From contig JBCCHT010000011.1 in assembly GCA_039028615.1 (NCBI GenBank), forward strand, positions 96,001 through 160,000: a stretch of 64,000 bases of DNA, in the 5' to 3' direction. Numbering within the stretch: position 1 is the stretch's first letter; each line of letters begins with the position of its first letter. The translations under genes and the position numbers were made by a program. The notes beneath the pieces were generated by a model. That model did no database searches. It was not told where the DNA came from and saw only the letters and a program-made list of their open reading frames with translations. The stretch comes from Myxococcota bacterium (lineage in GTDB: Bacteria; Myxococcota_A; Polyangia; Nannocystales; Nannocystaceae). This document shows, in pieces, positions 53,391 through 62,556 of the stretch.

Positions 53391-56293
53391 AGTGGCTGCA
53401 GCGGACCCTCAGCGTCGCCACGATCTCCGCGATCGCGACCTTTGCCGTCCTGCAGTACCAAAAGTGGCGGCAGTCCCCGGCCGACGCGACCCCGGACATC
53501 GAGTGGTCCGAGGCCTCTGCGTCCGAGCTGGTGCTGCGAGGCTGTGACCTCCGCACCACCGCGCGCGGCACCGAGTGCCTGCTCGACCCCGTGCGCGCCA
53601 GCGACTCGCAGATCGTCCAGACCTGGCTGCGCGGCGCATCCATCCGCGACAAGGGCCGCATCGAGGTGCTCGTCGACGACCAGCCCTTGCCCGCCGAGGA
53701 CCTCGAGCTCGAGGAAATCGACGACGGGCTCCGTCTTCGCATCCCCATGAAGGGGCGCCTGTTCGGTCGCGATCCCAGCCGCTTCGAGATCCGCGCCACG
53801 CTCCGCGACGGGGCGCATCGCTGGGTCACCATCGTGCGCGAGCGCAGGCTGGCGCCGAAGCTCGAGGACCTCGCTTCGCGCATCATCTCCACCTCCGACC
53901 GAGCCCTCCGGGGCGAGCTCGAGGCTCAGCTGGTCGGCCTGCTGCCCCAGCTCGAGGGCAGCGACCGCGTCTACGCCATCGACCGCCTCATCGGACCCAC
54001 GATGGGGCGCAACGAGTTCTCCCGCGCGGTGGAGCTCGCCGACGAAGGGGCCACGGCCGCCCAGGCGAGCGGAGAGCTGACCGTCGGGTGCCGATTCCTC
54101 CGCTTTGGTGTCTCGGTGCTGCTCGACGTCATCAACGACGCCGAGCAGGCCGACGCCTGGTCCACGCGGGCCCAGCACTGCACGGCCGCCACCGAAGACG
54201 AACTCGATCCCGGCCCCGGTCCCGACCCCGACTCTCGCTTCAAGCTCCCCTTCGTCCGCGGCTCGCTCGTCTGGGAGCAAGGCGACCCGGTTGCCGCCGC
54301 CCTGGCCTTCCAGCGCTCGGCTCGTTGGGCCCGGCGCCTCGGCGACCCGAATACCGAGCTCCGCGCCACCATGGGCCAAGCCTCGGCCATGGGTCACGTG
54401 GGGCGCTTCGACGAAGCCGCCGCGCTCATGGCCACCCTCAGCCGCAGCAGCATCGCCGACGACTCCTGCCAGGGCCGGGCGCTCGTGGACTTCAACCGGG
54501 CCAACTATGTCTACGCACATAGCCAGGCCTACGACACCGCGGATACCAAGGCCCGCGAGCTGCTCACCGAGACAGACGAGCTGCTCACCTCCGCGCTCGC
54601 CGTGTTCCTGCGCCAGGAGTGTCTCGAGCGTCGCCGGCTCGATCGCTCCCGTGCCTATCTCAACCGCGCGCTGGCCCGAGTGGCGCTGGGTCGCTTCGAA
54701 GACGCTCGACGCGACCTCGAGCAAGCCGAGCCCGAGGGCGACGAGGACCAAGTGGCCGCCGCCCTGCTGCACGTGAAGGTCGAGCTGGGGCTCGGCCAGT
54801 GGTCGAACGCCGAGTCTCGCCTGGCCCTGCTCCGCACGAAGATCCTCGAGACCTCGCAGGTCGGTGCCAACCTGCTCGGCGATACCGAGGTCGTCGCCGG
54901 CCGCCTCGCCGAGCACCGAGCCGACCTCCGTGCCGCCGCCGAGCACTACCGCCGGGCCGAAGCGCAGTTCGAGTCGGACATGGCCTCGTCGCAGTTCGGC
55001 CTCGTCGCCGATCGCCAGGCGGGTGCCCAGGCCGAAGCCGCCCAACGACTCGTGAGCGTGCTGCTGCGTACGGACGAGCCCGCCGCGGCCCTGTGTGCGG
55101 CCCGGGTGCTGCGGAGCCGTCCTCTGCGACTGATGCACCGCGCGGCCCGGCTCGTCCGCGAAGGCGAGCCCACCCTGAGCCCCCTCGAACGCCAGCTCGA
55201 GGCCGCCCGGGCCCACCACGACCAAAGCCACCACAAGCCGCCACAGCAGCGTGATGCTGCCGACCGCTACGTCCGCGATGCCAACGCCCGATACGAGCAG
55301 GCGCTCGCTCGGGCCACCGCCGGGCGTGCCGAGACCGAGATCGGCGCGCTGTGTGAAACCCTGCCCTCCCCGCAGCCGGACGAGACCTCGCTGCTGTACC
55401 ACCGCGATCACCTCGGGGCGTGGTGGCTGATGGCGTGGACCGCCGACGACCTACGCGTCGAGTCGCTGGGCAAGCTGTCCGGTCGAGAGGCTCCGGCCGT
55501 CCTCACCGAGCGGCTCCTCGAGCCCGCCGCGTCGATGCTGGGTGCCTCCACTCACGTTCGCGTGCTGGCTTCGGGCGCCTTGGAGTCGGTGCCCTTCGAG
55601 ACGCTCCCGTGGCGAGGCACCCCGCTCGAGCAGTCGCATACGGTTCGTCGTGGTCTCGATCTGCCCCCCGGCCCCGACCGCGAGGGAACAAATGCGGGTC
55701 CGATCGTGTTTGCCACCGGGCCCCGCCCCGAGAATGCGCTGCGCGGCACCGACAACTCCGACCTCGAACGAGCCCAGGAGTTCCTGTCGGATCTGCCGGG
55801 CACGCTCATCGCTCATCGCGGCCAGGTCGACGTCGACACGTTCCGGGCGTCCACCACGGGCGCATCTGTGCTGGTCTACGTCGGGCACCACGAGCCGGGC
55901 GATCGCCTCGATGGCACCCATGCCCTCCCGGGGCTCCAGCTCGGCCCGCACAGCGCGGCCGACCTCGACTCCATCCTCGCCATGCAGCCCGGCCCCGCCC
56001 ATGTCGTGCTGGTGACGTGCGAGGGCATCGACGACGACGCCTCGACCTTGTCCGCCGATCTGGGCTTGGTCTCGGCCTACGTGGCCGCCGGGTCCATCGA
56101 AGTGCTCGCCACCACCGAGAGCCTGCGCCCCGACGACGGGGCCGCGGTTGCCCGAGCGATCAGTCGACGACTCTCCGCCATGGACTCCATCGACCTCCCC
56201 CGGGCGCTCGCCGACGTGCGCCGCCGAGGCATCGAAGGCCACGGCTCGGGGGTGCCACTGGACCTCTCCAAGTTTCGCGTCGTGACTCGCTGA
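53387..56293 (+). CDS. TPR-CHAT (caspase-like, HetF family) protease with N-terminal signal/anchor
   Basis: N-terminal hydrophobic segment; TPR-like helices; CHAT motifs RLLEP, GALESVPFETL, VYVGHH (His), VVLVTCEG (Cys), GLVSAYVAAG..VLAT. Confidence 0.82.
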   Translation: MKWLQRTLSVATISAIATFAVLQYQKWRQSPADATPDIEWSEASASELVLRGCDLRTTARGTECLLDPVRASDSQIVQTWLRGASIRDKGRIEVLVDDQPLPAEDLELEEIDDGLRLRIPMKGRLFGRDPSRFEIRATLRDGAHRWVTIVRERRLAPKLEDLASRIISTSDRALRGELEAQLVGLLPQLEGSDRVYAIDRLIGPTMGRNEFSRAVELADEGATAAQASGELTVGCRFLRFGVSVLLDVINDAEQADAWSTRAQHCTAATEDELDPGPGPDPDSRFKLPFVRGSLVWEQGDPVAAALAFQRSARWARRLGDPNTELRATMGQASAMGHVGRFDEAAALMATLSRSSIADDSCQGRALVDFNRANYVYAHSQAYDTADTKARELLTETDELLTSALAVFLRQECLERRRLDRSRAYLNRALARVALGRFEDARRDLEQAEPEGDEDQVAAALLHVKVELGLGQWSNAESRLALLRTKILETSQVGANLLGDTEVVAGRLAEHRADLRAAAEHYRRAEAQFESDMASSQFGLVADRQAGAQAEAAQRLVSVLLRTDEPAAALCAARVLRSRPLRLMHRAARLVREGEPTLSPLERQLEAARAHHDQSHHKPPQQRDAADRYVRDANARYEQALARATAGRAETEIGALCETLPSPQPDETSLLYHRDHLGAWWLMAWTADDLRVESLGKLSGREAPAVLTERLLEPAASMLGASTHVRVLASGALESVPFETLPWRGTPLEQSHTVRRGLDLPPGPDREGTNAGPIVFATGPRPENALRGTDNSDLERAQEFLSDLPGTLIAHRGQVDVDTFRASTTGASVLVYVGHHEPGDRLDGTHALPGLQLGPHSAADLDSILAMQPGPAHVVLVTCEGIDDDASTLSADLGLVSAYVAAGSIEVLATTESLRPDDGAAVARAISRRLSAMDSIDLPRALADVRRRGIEGHGSGVPLDLSKFRVVTR

Positions 56294-56364
56294 GAACGAA
56301 TCGCGAAATAAATTGAATATTGGGGGGTAAGAATCGCGCGCCTCGTAGCCTACTAGGTGATGCG

Positions 56365-56742
56365 ATGACTACTCCGCTGCTCAACCTGTTCCCCATCAAC
56401 GCGGCACTGCTTGCCTCGCAAGAGACTCGCCGCCCCACCCTCGGTTCCATCGACTATGTCGTGGAAAACCGCGACAACCGGATCTACGTGTCCGACCTCG
56501 AGCTGTCCGCCGACCTGAAGGCCAAGCTCACCGGTCCGACCATCGTGACCGCATTCTTCACGCTCGGCCAATCCCGGACCGAGATCGACGGCGCCCTCCT
56601 GCAGGGTGAGCGCAATGCCTTCGAGCTCCGCCACAGCGGCGAGCTGGGCGAGCTCCAAGAGCTTCGCCTGTCCCCCGAGGGCGAAGACGGCTGGGCAGTG
56701 GTCCTGGTTCCCCGCCACCGTCTCGACGCTGAAGCCTCTTGA
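56365..56742 (+). CDS. Hypothetical protein
   Basis: RBS AGGTGA; coding-like codon bias; follows an AT-rich spacer and precedes a UUCG hairpin. Confidence 0.55.
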   Translation: MTTPLLNLFPINAALLASQETRRPTLGSIDYVVENRDNRIYVSDLELSADLKAKLTGPTIVTAFFTLGQSRTEIDGALLQGERNAFELRHSGELGELQELRLSPEGEDGWAVVLVPRHRLDAEAS

Positions 56743-56804
56743 TTCGTACTGCCCCCGACCACGAATCAATCACGAGCACGCTCATCGTCGAGAGCAGCGT
56801 CCAC

Positions 56805-56838
56805 GTCGGGTCGGCCCCTTTCGGGGGGTCGGCCCGAC
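56805..56838. terminator. UUCG-capped hairpin between convergent genes
   Basis: GTCGGGTCGGCCCCT TTCG GGGGGTCGGCCCGAC. Confidence 0.65.
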
Positions 56839-56856
56839 TGGATTTCGAAGCCTGGG

Positions 56857-57186
56857 TCACTTCGCGGGCAGCGAACGCGCAAACTTCAGCCCGCGCTCGA
56901 TCCACGCCTTCAGGTCCTCGTCCGTCCGAAATCCTGGTTTCCCCACATAGACCATGCCCTTCATCGGGCGCTTGGTGAAATCCATCGGGCGCGCATGCGG
57001 CATGGCCAGCGCTTCCGCGTGCGCCTTGGGGCCCACCCGCACCATCAGCTCGTCCTTCACGATCCCGAAGGCCATGTTCCCCGAGGCCATGAAGGCCACC
57101 CCACCGAACATGTTCCGCTCCGTGATGCCCTTGCGGCGGGCCACCACCGTACGAATTCTCTCCGCCAACATCTCGTCGTACGCCAT
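56857..57186 (-). CDS. TfoX/Sxy N-terminal domain protein
   Basis: MAYDEMLAERIR, MFGGVAFM, LMVRVG, RPMKGMVYV, SLPAK. Confidence 0.88.
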   Translation of the reverse strand: MAYDEMLAERIRTVVARRKGITERNMFGGVAFMASGNMAFGIVKDELMVRVGPKAHAEALAMPHARPMDFTKRPMKGMVYVGKPGFRTDEDLKAWIERGLKFARSLPAK

Positions 57187-57362
57187 CGTCTGGTTCTCCT
57201 CACCCTCACGACGCGGCCGCCCCTCGCCGATCGACATCCAGTGTGCCGACTGCGTCAATCTCGGTCCATCGCCGGTATTGCGAGCGGCATGGAACACAGA
57301 TTCGAGACGTGAGACACCACGCGTAGGCTACGAGTCGCGGCCCCCTTGCTACCGTGGGCTCC

Positions 57363-57842
57363 GTGCCCGAGTCCCCCTCGCCTGCATCCCCGCCCGACGC
57401 GGGCTCCAGAGGGCAGACCCTGGTGCGGCTTTCGGTCACCGCCCTCCTGCTCGTCGCCGTATGGATGCCCGCGCGCCCCGGGGCCGAGGATGGCTTCCCC
57501 TTCTCCACCTATCCCATGTTCGGCTACGCCCGGACCGAGCGTTCCGTCATCGAGACCGTCGTGGGGGTCGAGGCCGACGGCCGACGACGACCCCTGACCC
57601 CCTGGCACATCGCCGGCACCACCCGCGCCAAGCAGGCCCTCGCCACCGCCCGCGCGGCCATTCGCCGCGGCACCGCGGCCGACCTGTGCCGTGACGTCGC
57701 GGCCCGAATCGCCGAGCGCCCCCTGCCCGCCGACCTCGTGTCCGTCGAAGTCGTCAGCGACACCTGGCGAGCCCTCGACGTCATCGAGCCCGGCGCGGGC
57801 CCCCTCGAGCGCCAGGTCCACGCCCGCTGCGAGGTGCCCTAG
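57363..57842 (+). CDS. Membrane-anchored partner of HTTM-like protein
   Basis: TM followed by DGFPFSTYPMF; abuts next gene; GTG 57363 lies 7 nt after TGCTACCGT. Confidence 0.62.
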   Translation: MPESPSPASPPDAGSRGQTLVRLSVTALLLVAVWMPARPGAEDGFPFSTYPMFGYARTERSVIETVVGVEADGRRRPLTPWHIAGTTRAKQALATARAAIRRGTAADLCRDVAARIAERPLPADLVSVEVVSDTWRALDVIEPGAGPLERQVHARCEVP

Positions 57843-58727
57843 ATGTGGAGCGCCGTCGACCGCTGGCTCGGGCCTCCCGCCCCCGCCTCTCGCCTCGCCG
57901 CCGTACGGGTCGCCGTGGTCGCGTTCGCCCTGGCCTGGACCGCGGGCATCGCCTCCGAGCTGCTCACGCGGGCCCAGCTCGATCCCAGCCGCTTCGCCCC
58001 CGTCGGCCTCGCCGGGCTCTTCGGCGTCGTCCCGCCCGCCCTCGTCACGACTGCGCTCGTCGTTGTCTTCGGCCTCGGCATCCTCGCCCTCGTCGGCCGC
58101 GGCTACCGATGGAGCGCCCCCGCCTTCGCCCTCACCCTCACCTGGCTGCTCTCCTATCGCAACAGCTGGGGCCACATGTCGCACTCCGAGCACCTGCTCG
58201 TCCTGCACCTGTGGGTCCTCGCCTTCGCCCCCGCGGCCGACGCCCTGCGCCTGCGCTCGACCGCTCCCGCCACTGCTCCTTCCGGTCGATACGGCTGGCC
58301 CCAGCGCCTGCTGATGGTCGTCACCGTCTCCACCTACGTCATCGCCGGCCTCGCCAAGCTCCGCGGAGGCGGATCGTGGATCTCCGGCGAAACCGTACGT
58401 CTGCACGTCGCCACCGAGGTGCTGCGCAACGACATGATCGGCACCGATGCCGCCCTCATCGGCCGCCCCCTGCTGCCCTTCGCGGGCCTCTTCGGTGCCT
58501 TCGCCATCTTCACCCTCGTCGTCGAGCTGGGCGCCCCCCTCGCTGTGGCGGCCGGCCGCATCCGCCTGGCCTGGGTCGCCGCCGTCTGGTCCATGCACCT
58601 GGGCATCGGCCTCGTCATGGGCATCGGCTTCGCCTACCCCCTCAGCGGCGTCGCCTTTGCGGCCTTTGTCCCCCTCGAGCGCCTCGTGGACTGGCTCACC
58701 CGGCTTCGGCAGCGCCGCCCTGCCTGA
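57843..58727 (+). CDS. HTTM-like membrane protein (membrane module only)
   Basis: PASRLAAVR, WGHMSHSEH, YVIAGLAKL..W, VELGAP, MHLGIGLVMGIGF. Confidence 0.75.
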   Translation: MWSAVDRWLGPPAPASRLAAVRVAVVAFALAWTAGIASELLTRAQLDPSRFAPVGLAGLFGVVPPALVTTALVVVFGLGILALVGRGYRWSAPAFALTLTWLLSYRNSWGHMSHSEHLLVLHLWVLAFAPAADALRLRSTAPATAPSGRYGWPQRLLMVVTVSTYVIAGLAKLRGGGSWISGETVRLHVATEVLRNDMIGTDAALIGRPLLPFAGLFGAFAIFTLVVELGAPLAVAAGRIRLAWVAAVWSMHLGIGLVMGIGFAYPLSGVAFAAFVPLERLVDWLTRLRQRRPA

Positions 58728-58753
58728 GCGTGTTATGGACCCAACCGATCGTC

Positions 58754-59629
58754 ATGGCGCACTCCCTCGAGATCGGACAGTTCAATGAGCTCGACGTCGT
58801 CGCGCTGGTCGAGGCCGGCGTGCTGCTCGGCTCGGGCGAGCTCGAGCTGTTCCTCCCCTCCCACCTGTGCCCCATCGGCGTGGATATCGGCACCACCATC
58901 GACGTCTTCGTCTACGTCGACCGCGACGGTGCCCCCCAGGTCACCACCCGGGTCCCCGAAGCCGTCGTCGGCGAGTTCGCCTTCCTGAAGTGCGTCAACA
59001 CCACCCGCGCCGGGGCCTTCCTCGACTGGGGCGCCCCCAAGGACCTGTTCGTCCCCCCCGACCAGCAGACCACCCTCATGGTCGAAGGTCGCAGCTACGT
59101 CGTCGCCGTCGTCCTCGACCGCAAGGGCGAGAAGATCATGGGCTCCGCGCGCTTGTCCGAGCACTTCGACTACGACGTCGACGACGTCCAGCCCGACGCC
59201 GAAGTCGAGCTGCTCGTGCACGGTCACTCCGACGCCGGCATCCAGGTCGTCGTCGACCGGCGGTACCGGGGCCTCATCCACAAGTCCGACGTCTACAAGC
59301 GGCTGTCCGTCGGGGATGAAGTTCACGGCTTCGTCCGGCAGATCCGCCCCGACAACCGGCTCGACGTTGCGCTCACCCGGCGGGGTCTCGGGGGGATCGA
59401 GGATGCGCAGTGGCAGATCCTCTCCGCGCTCAAGAAGGAGGGCGGGTTCTTGCCGCTGCACGACAAGAGCGCGCCCAAGGAGATCGAGCGGGCGCTCGGG
59501 ATGAGCAAGAAGGCCTTCAAGCGGGGGGTCGGGGGGCTCTACAAGGCGCGGCGGATTCGGCTCGTCGAGGGGGGGATTTCGTTGGTTGGGGATGAAGGGG
59601 CGGATGAGGATGATCGGGATGAGGGGTAG
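58754..59629 (+). CDS. cvfB: CvfB family S1 RNA-binding protein
   Basis: IGQFNEL, GAFLDWGAPKDLFVP, GLIHKSD, GFLPLHDKSAP, MSKKAFKRGVGGLYK. Confidence 0.9.
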   Translation: MAHSLEIGQFNELDVVALVEAGVLLGSGELELFLPSHLCPIGVDIGTTIDVFVYVDRDGAPQVTTRVPEAVVGEFAFLKCVNTTRAGAFLDWGAPKDLFVPPDQQTTLMVEGRSYVVAVVLDRKGEKIMGSARLSEHFDYDVDDVQPDAEVELLVHGHSDAGIQVVVDRRYRGLIHKSDVYKRLSVGDEVHGFVRQIRPDNRLDVALTRRGLGGIEDAQWQILSALKKEGGFLPLHDKSAPKEIERALGMSKKAFKRGVGGLYKARRIRLVEGGISLVGDEGADEDDRDEG

Positions 59630-59697
59630 GAGGGGCTAGGCGGGGGTTTAATGGGGGGTTGCTCTGGGTGGGGGATGGTTGATATTCCCGGGGCGCC

Positions 59698-59784
59698 GGA
59701 GGAGTGGCCGAGTGGTTGAAGGCGGCGGACTTGAAATCCGTTGTAGGGGCGACTCTACCGGGGGTTCGAATCCCTCCTCCTCCG
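59698..59784 (+). tRNA. tRNA-Ser (anticodon UGA), CCA not encoded
   Basis: Acceptor GGAGGAG/CTCCTCC, D-arm GCCGAGTGGTTGAAGGC, anticodon loop CTTGAAA, long variable arm, T-loop GGTTCGAATCC, discriminator G then CCC. Confidence 0.95.
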
Positions 59785-59963
59785 CCCTTCGTTCGCTTCG
59801 CTCCACTTCGGTTGGATGAGGAGGGCTTCAGGCGGCGGTTGGACCCCGGAGGGGTCCGCCCTTAGGCTCGAATCCCTCTGCGAAAGGGCTTGGTGGTTGT
59901 GGCGGCTTGGGGGGCCGGAGCCTGGGTGGTGGCGGTTGGTCGTTGGGGGGGTACAAAGGGGGT

Positions 59964-60644
59964 GTGACGACGTGGCCTCCGGAGTCGGTGCATGGGTTCG
60001 ATGGGTGGGCGGCTGTCTTTACCGATGCGGTGGGGTCGACGGAGGCTCTGATTTCGAACGATGGGGCCAGGGTGCACTTGAGGGTGCTGGGGGTGAGGTT
60101 TGCGGGGGCGTGGTTGGACGACTTTGCGCCCGTGGGGAACGAACCGGTGCCTGGTCGCTTGCGGCTGCATCGAGGGGACCTTTGCGACTATAGGCTCGAG
60201 TTTCGAGTGCCGATGACCGTCCGCGAGGGGGCTGACGATGTCGCGACGGCGCTCGATGTGTGTGTCGAACTGGGGCCTCCGACCGAGCGTGGGGGGCTCT
60301 CCCATGAGTGGGTGCAGCTACGTTTGTCGTTCGATGGGGCGGAGGAGTACACGACGAGGCGGCATGACTTGTTCGAGACTGCGTTGGATGAAGTGCGAGA
60401 ACATCTCGGTGCGGGGTCCCTACTGAAGTGCTGCTTTGGTTGTGATTTCTCGGACTATTCGCCGTACGGGAACGGGATGTTTGGGACGTTGTATTGCTTT
60501 CGAACGGCCAAGGAGCAGTATCGGAGGGTCGTTGGTAAGGATGAGATCTTCGAGCTTTGGGATGAAGCGGCGGGGGCGGTGCAGGAGACGTGGCTGTGCG
60601 AGGAGTGGGAAGCACGAGCGGCGAACCGAGGCTATCGAGGGTGA
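59964..60644 (+). CDS. DUF6304-like hypothetical protein
   Basis: CCFGCDFSDYSPYGNGMFG..CFR, VQETWLC, C-terminal GYRG; atypical G/T-rich codons; start uncertain. Confidence 0.65.
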   Translation: MTTWPPESVHGFDGWAAVFTDAVGSTEALISNDGARVHLRVLGVRFAGAWLDDFAPVGNEPVPGRLRLHRGDLCDYRLEFRVPMTVREGADDVATALDVCVELGPPTERGGLSHEWVQLRLSFDGAEEYTTRRHDLFETALDEVREHLGAGSLLKCCFGCDFSDYSPYGNGMFGTLYCFRTAKEQYRRVVGKDEIFELWDEAAGAVQETWLCEEWEARAANRGYRG

Positions 60645-60688
60645 AGTAAGCGAGGCGAGTGCCGTCTCGTGCAGCAAGCGGGGCGAGC

Positions 60689-61729
60689 CTAGAGGTCGTC
60701 GAGGTACTCGAGCACGAGTTGGATGCCCTCGTCGTGAAGGAGGGTGGTTCCGAGGTAGGGCATGTCGCCGTCCTGGAGCTGTCGAGCGACTCGGTCTCGT
60801 CGGTCGTCGAGGCCGGTCTGCTCGACGGGTGTCGAGTAGCGGAAGTCGAGGTCGCGTTTGGATGCTCGATCCCAGCGCCCCGGGCTGTGGCAGTGGGCAC
60901 AGTTGATGTCGAGGTAGGCGCGTGCGCGCTCGGTCAGGGACTCGGTGTCGTCTTTGTAGTTGGGGATGGTGGCGACCGATCCGTCATCGACTCTGCTGAG
61001 GACGCCTTCGGCTTGAAAGTACGCCAGCTGGTTGACGTCGTTGCCCTCGCGCTCGACGAATCGGTTCAGGTTGCGAGGCGTGGGGCCGATGAACACGGCG
61101 GACTCGTTCGCCTGATGGCAGGTCACGCACTCGCCCTCGTGCGGGACGACATAGTCCGTGGTGCGAGGTTGGCCGACCCGGTCGGTCCACGAAACGGCCG
61201 TGGTGGTCCCCTCCAGAAGCAGCGTGGCGTCGGTTTGTTCCGCATTCCACAGGTAGGTCGCGGCGTTCCAAAGACCAGCGGACTTGACCAGGAGCCGGGT
61301 CTCGATGACCCGCACTGGCGCGGTAGCGTCGCGCATGTCGGACGGGTAGTAGAAGGTCTTCACGAGGACTGCCCCGTCCGGGAATTCCAGCTCTCCATCG
61401 TCCGTCAGCGTCATCGTCGTGCCTTCGGGGACCCTCAGGAGGCGCTGCTTGTAGGCATAGTCCGTGAACAGCTCCGAAGAGAGTTCGTACGGGAGCGCGC
61501 GCTCGGCCGGCTGAAGTGATGCCATTGGCTCTTCGTAGAGCGCGTAGGCGGAAAGCCTCTCTGGAAAGGGCTCGGTCCGCGGGATGTCGAAGTCGAGGTC
61601 GTAGGGGTCGGGCTCGAAGGTTTCCTGGCCGCACCCCGACCCGACCGCCAGCAGAGAGACGACGGCGATGACCGCGCGCAGGTGTCCACGGTGGCTCCGT
61701 CCCCTGCGGTCGTGTCGATTCGATTCCAT
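60689..61729 (-). CDS. Diheme c-type cytochrome lipoprotein (SO2930-like)
   Basis: GSGC lipobox; LFTDYAYKQR, VKTFYY, IETRLL; two CXXCH motifs (CVTCH, CAHCH). Confidence 0.85.
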   Translation of the reverse strand: MESNRHDRRGRSHRGHLRAVIAVVSLLAVGSGCGQETFEPDPYDLDFDIPRTEPFPERLSAYALYEEPMASLQPAERALPYELSSELFTDYAYKQRLLRVPEGTTMTLTDDGELEFPDGAVLVKTFYYPSDMRDATAPVRVIETRLLVKSAGLWNAATYLWNAEQTDATLLLEGTTTAVSWTDRVGQPRTTDYVVPHEGECVTCHQANESAVFIGPTPRNLNRFVEREGNDVNQLAYFQAEGVLSRVDDGSVATIPNYKDDTESLTERARAYLDINCAHCHSPGRWDRASKRDLDFRYSTPVEQTGLDDRRDRVARQLQDGDMPYLGTTLLHDEGIQLVLEYLDDL

Positions 61730-61860
61730 GAGCGCCGTTTCGTCGCGAAGCGCGACGAGGCCATGATTCGTGTTCTAGCCAACAGAAGACGGCATTTCAC
61801 GTGCCCTTACACTTCTTTAGATTCGCGACGCCGCAGGCTCGGTACGAGTGGTTCGGACCC

Positions 61861-62556
61861 ATGAACATCCTCATCGTGGAAGACGACGTGCGGACCGCTG
61901 AGCTCCTCGAGGAGCTTCTGGCGATGGAACCGCACCACGTCGTCTGCGTGCCGACCGGCGAGGAGGGGCTCGCCCACCTGCGCTCGGCCCCGGTCGACTT
62001 GGTGGTGCTCGACGTGATGCTCCCGGGACGCGACGGCTACTCGATCTGCGCCGAGATTCGCTCGTTCTCTTCGGTACGAATCCTGATGCTGTCCGCACGC
62101 GGGGCGCCCGAGGACCGAGTCGATGGGCTCAGGCTGGGAGCCGACGACTACTTGCCCAAGCCGTTCCACGCGCAAGAACTCCTCGCCCGCATCGAGGCGC
62201 TCTCGCGGCGTAGCCCGGTCGCGGAGACCGAGTCGGCAGGACCCGTCGCGCGAGCCCGTGGGCTGCGGCTCGACGGCAACGCCCGCACCGTCCACCTCGA
62301 CGACGCGGAGATCCCTCTGACCGGTGCGGAGTTCGATATCTTGCGTGCGCTCGTCGAACGGGCCGGACGCGTCGTGTCGCGGGAACGCTTGATGGAGCTG
62401 GCGCGCGGCACCGAGTTCACGGCGTTCGATCGTGCCATCGACGTGCACATCAGCAACATCCGAAAGAAGCTGGGCGAGACCCCCGGCGCCCCCCGTTGGA
62501 TTCGCACCGTCCGCGGGATCGGCTACCAGGTGAACGTGCTTCGAGACGAACCTTGA
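61861..62556 (+). CDS. OmpR-family response regulator
   Basis: ILIVEDD, LDVMLPG, GADDYLPKPF, RAIDVHISNIRKKL, TVRGIGY. Confidence 0.95.
   Translation: MNILIVEDDVRTAELLEELLAMEPHHVVCVPTGEEGLAHLRSAPVDLVVLDVMLPGRDGYSICAEIRSFSSVRILMLSARGAPEDRVDGLRLGADDYLPKPFHAQELLARIEALSRRSPVAETESAGPVARARGLRLDGNARTVHLDDAEIPLTGAEFDILRALVERAGRVVSRERLMELARGTEFTAFDRAIDVHISNIRKKLGETPGAPRWIRTVRGIGYQVNVLRDEP

Noticed and set aside
59698..59784. tRNA-Sec or suppressor tRNA
   Set aside because: Anticodon is UGA (reads UCA, Ser), not UCA, and the acceptor stem is a normal 7 bp
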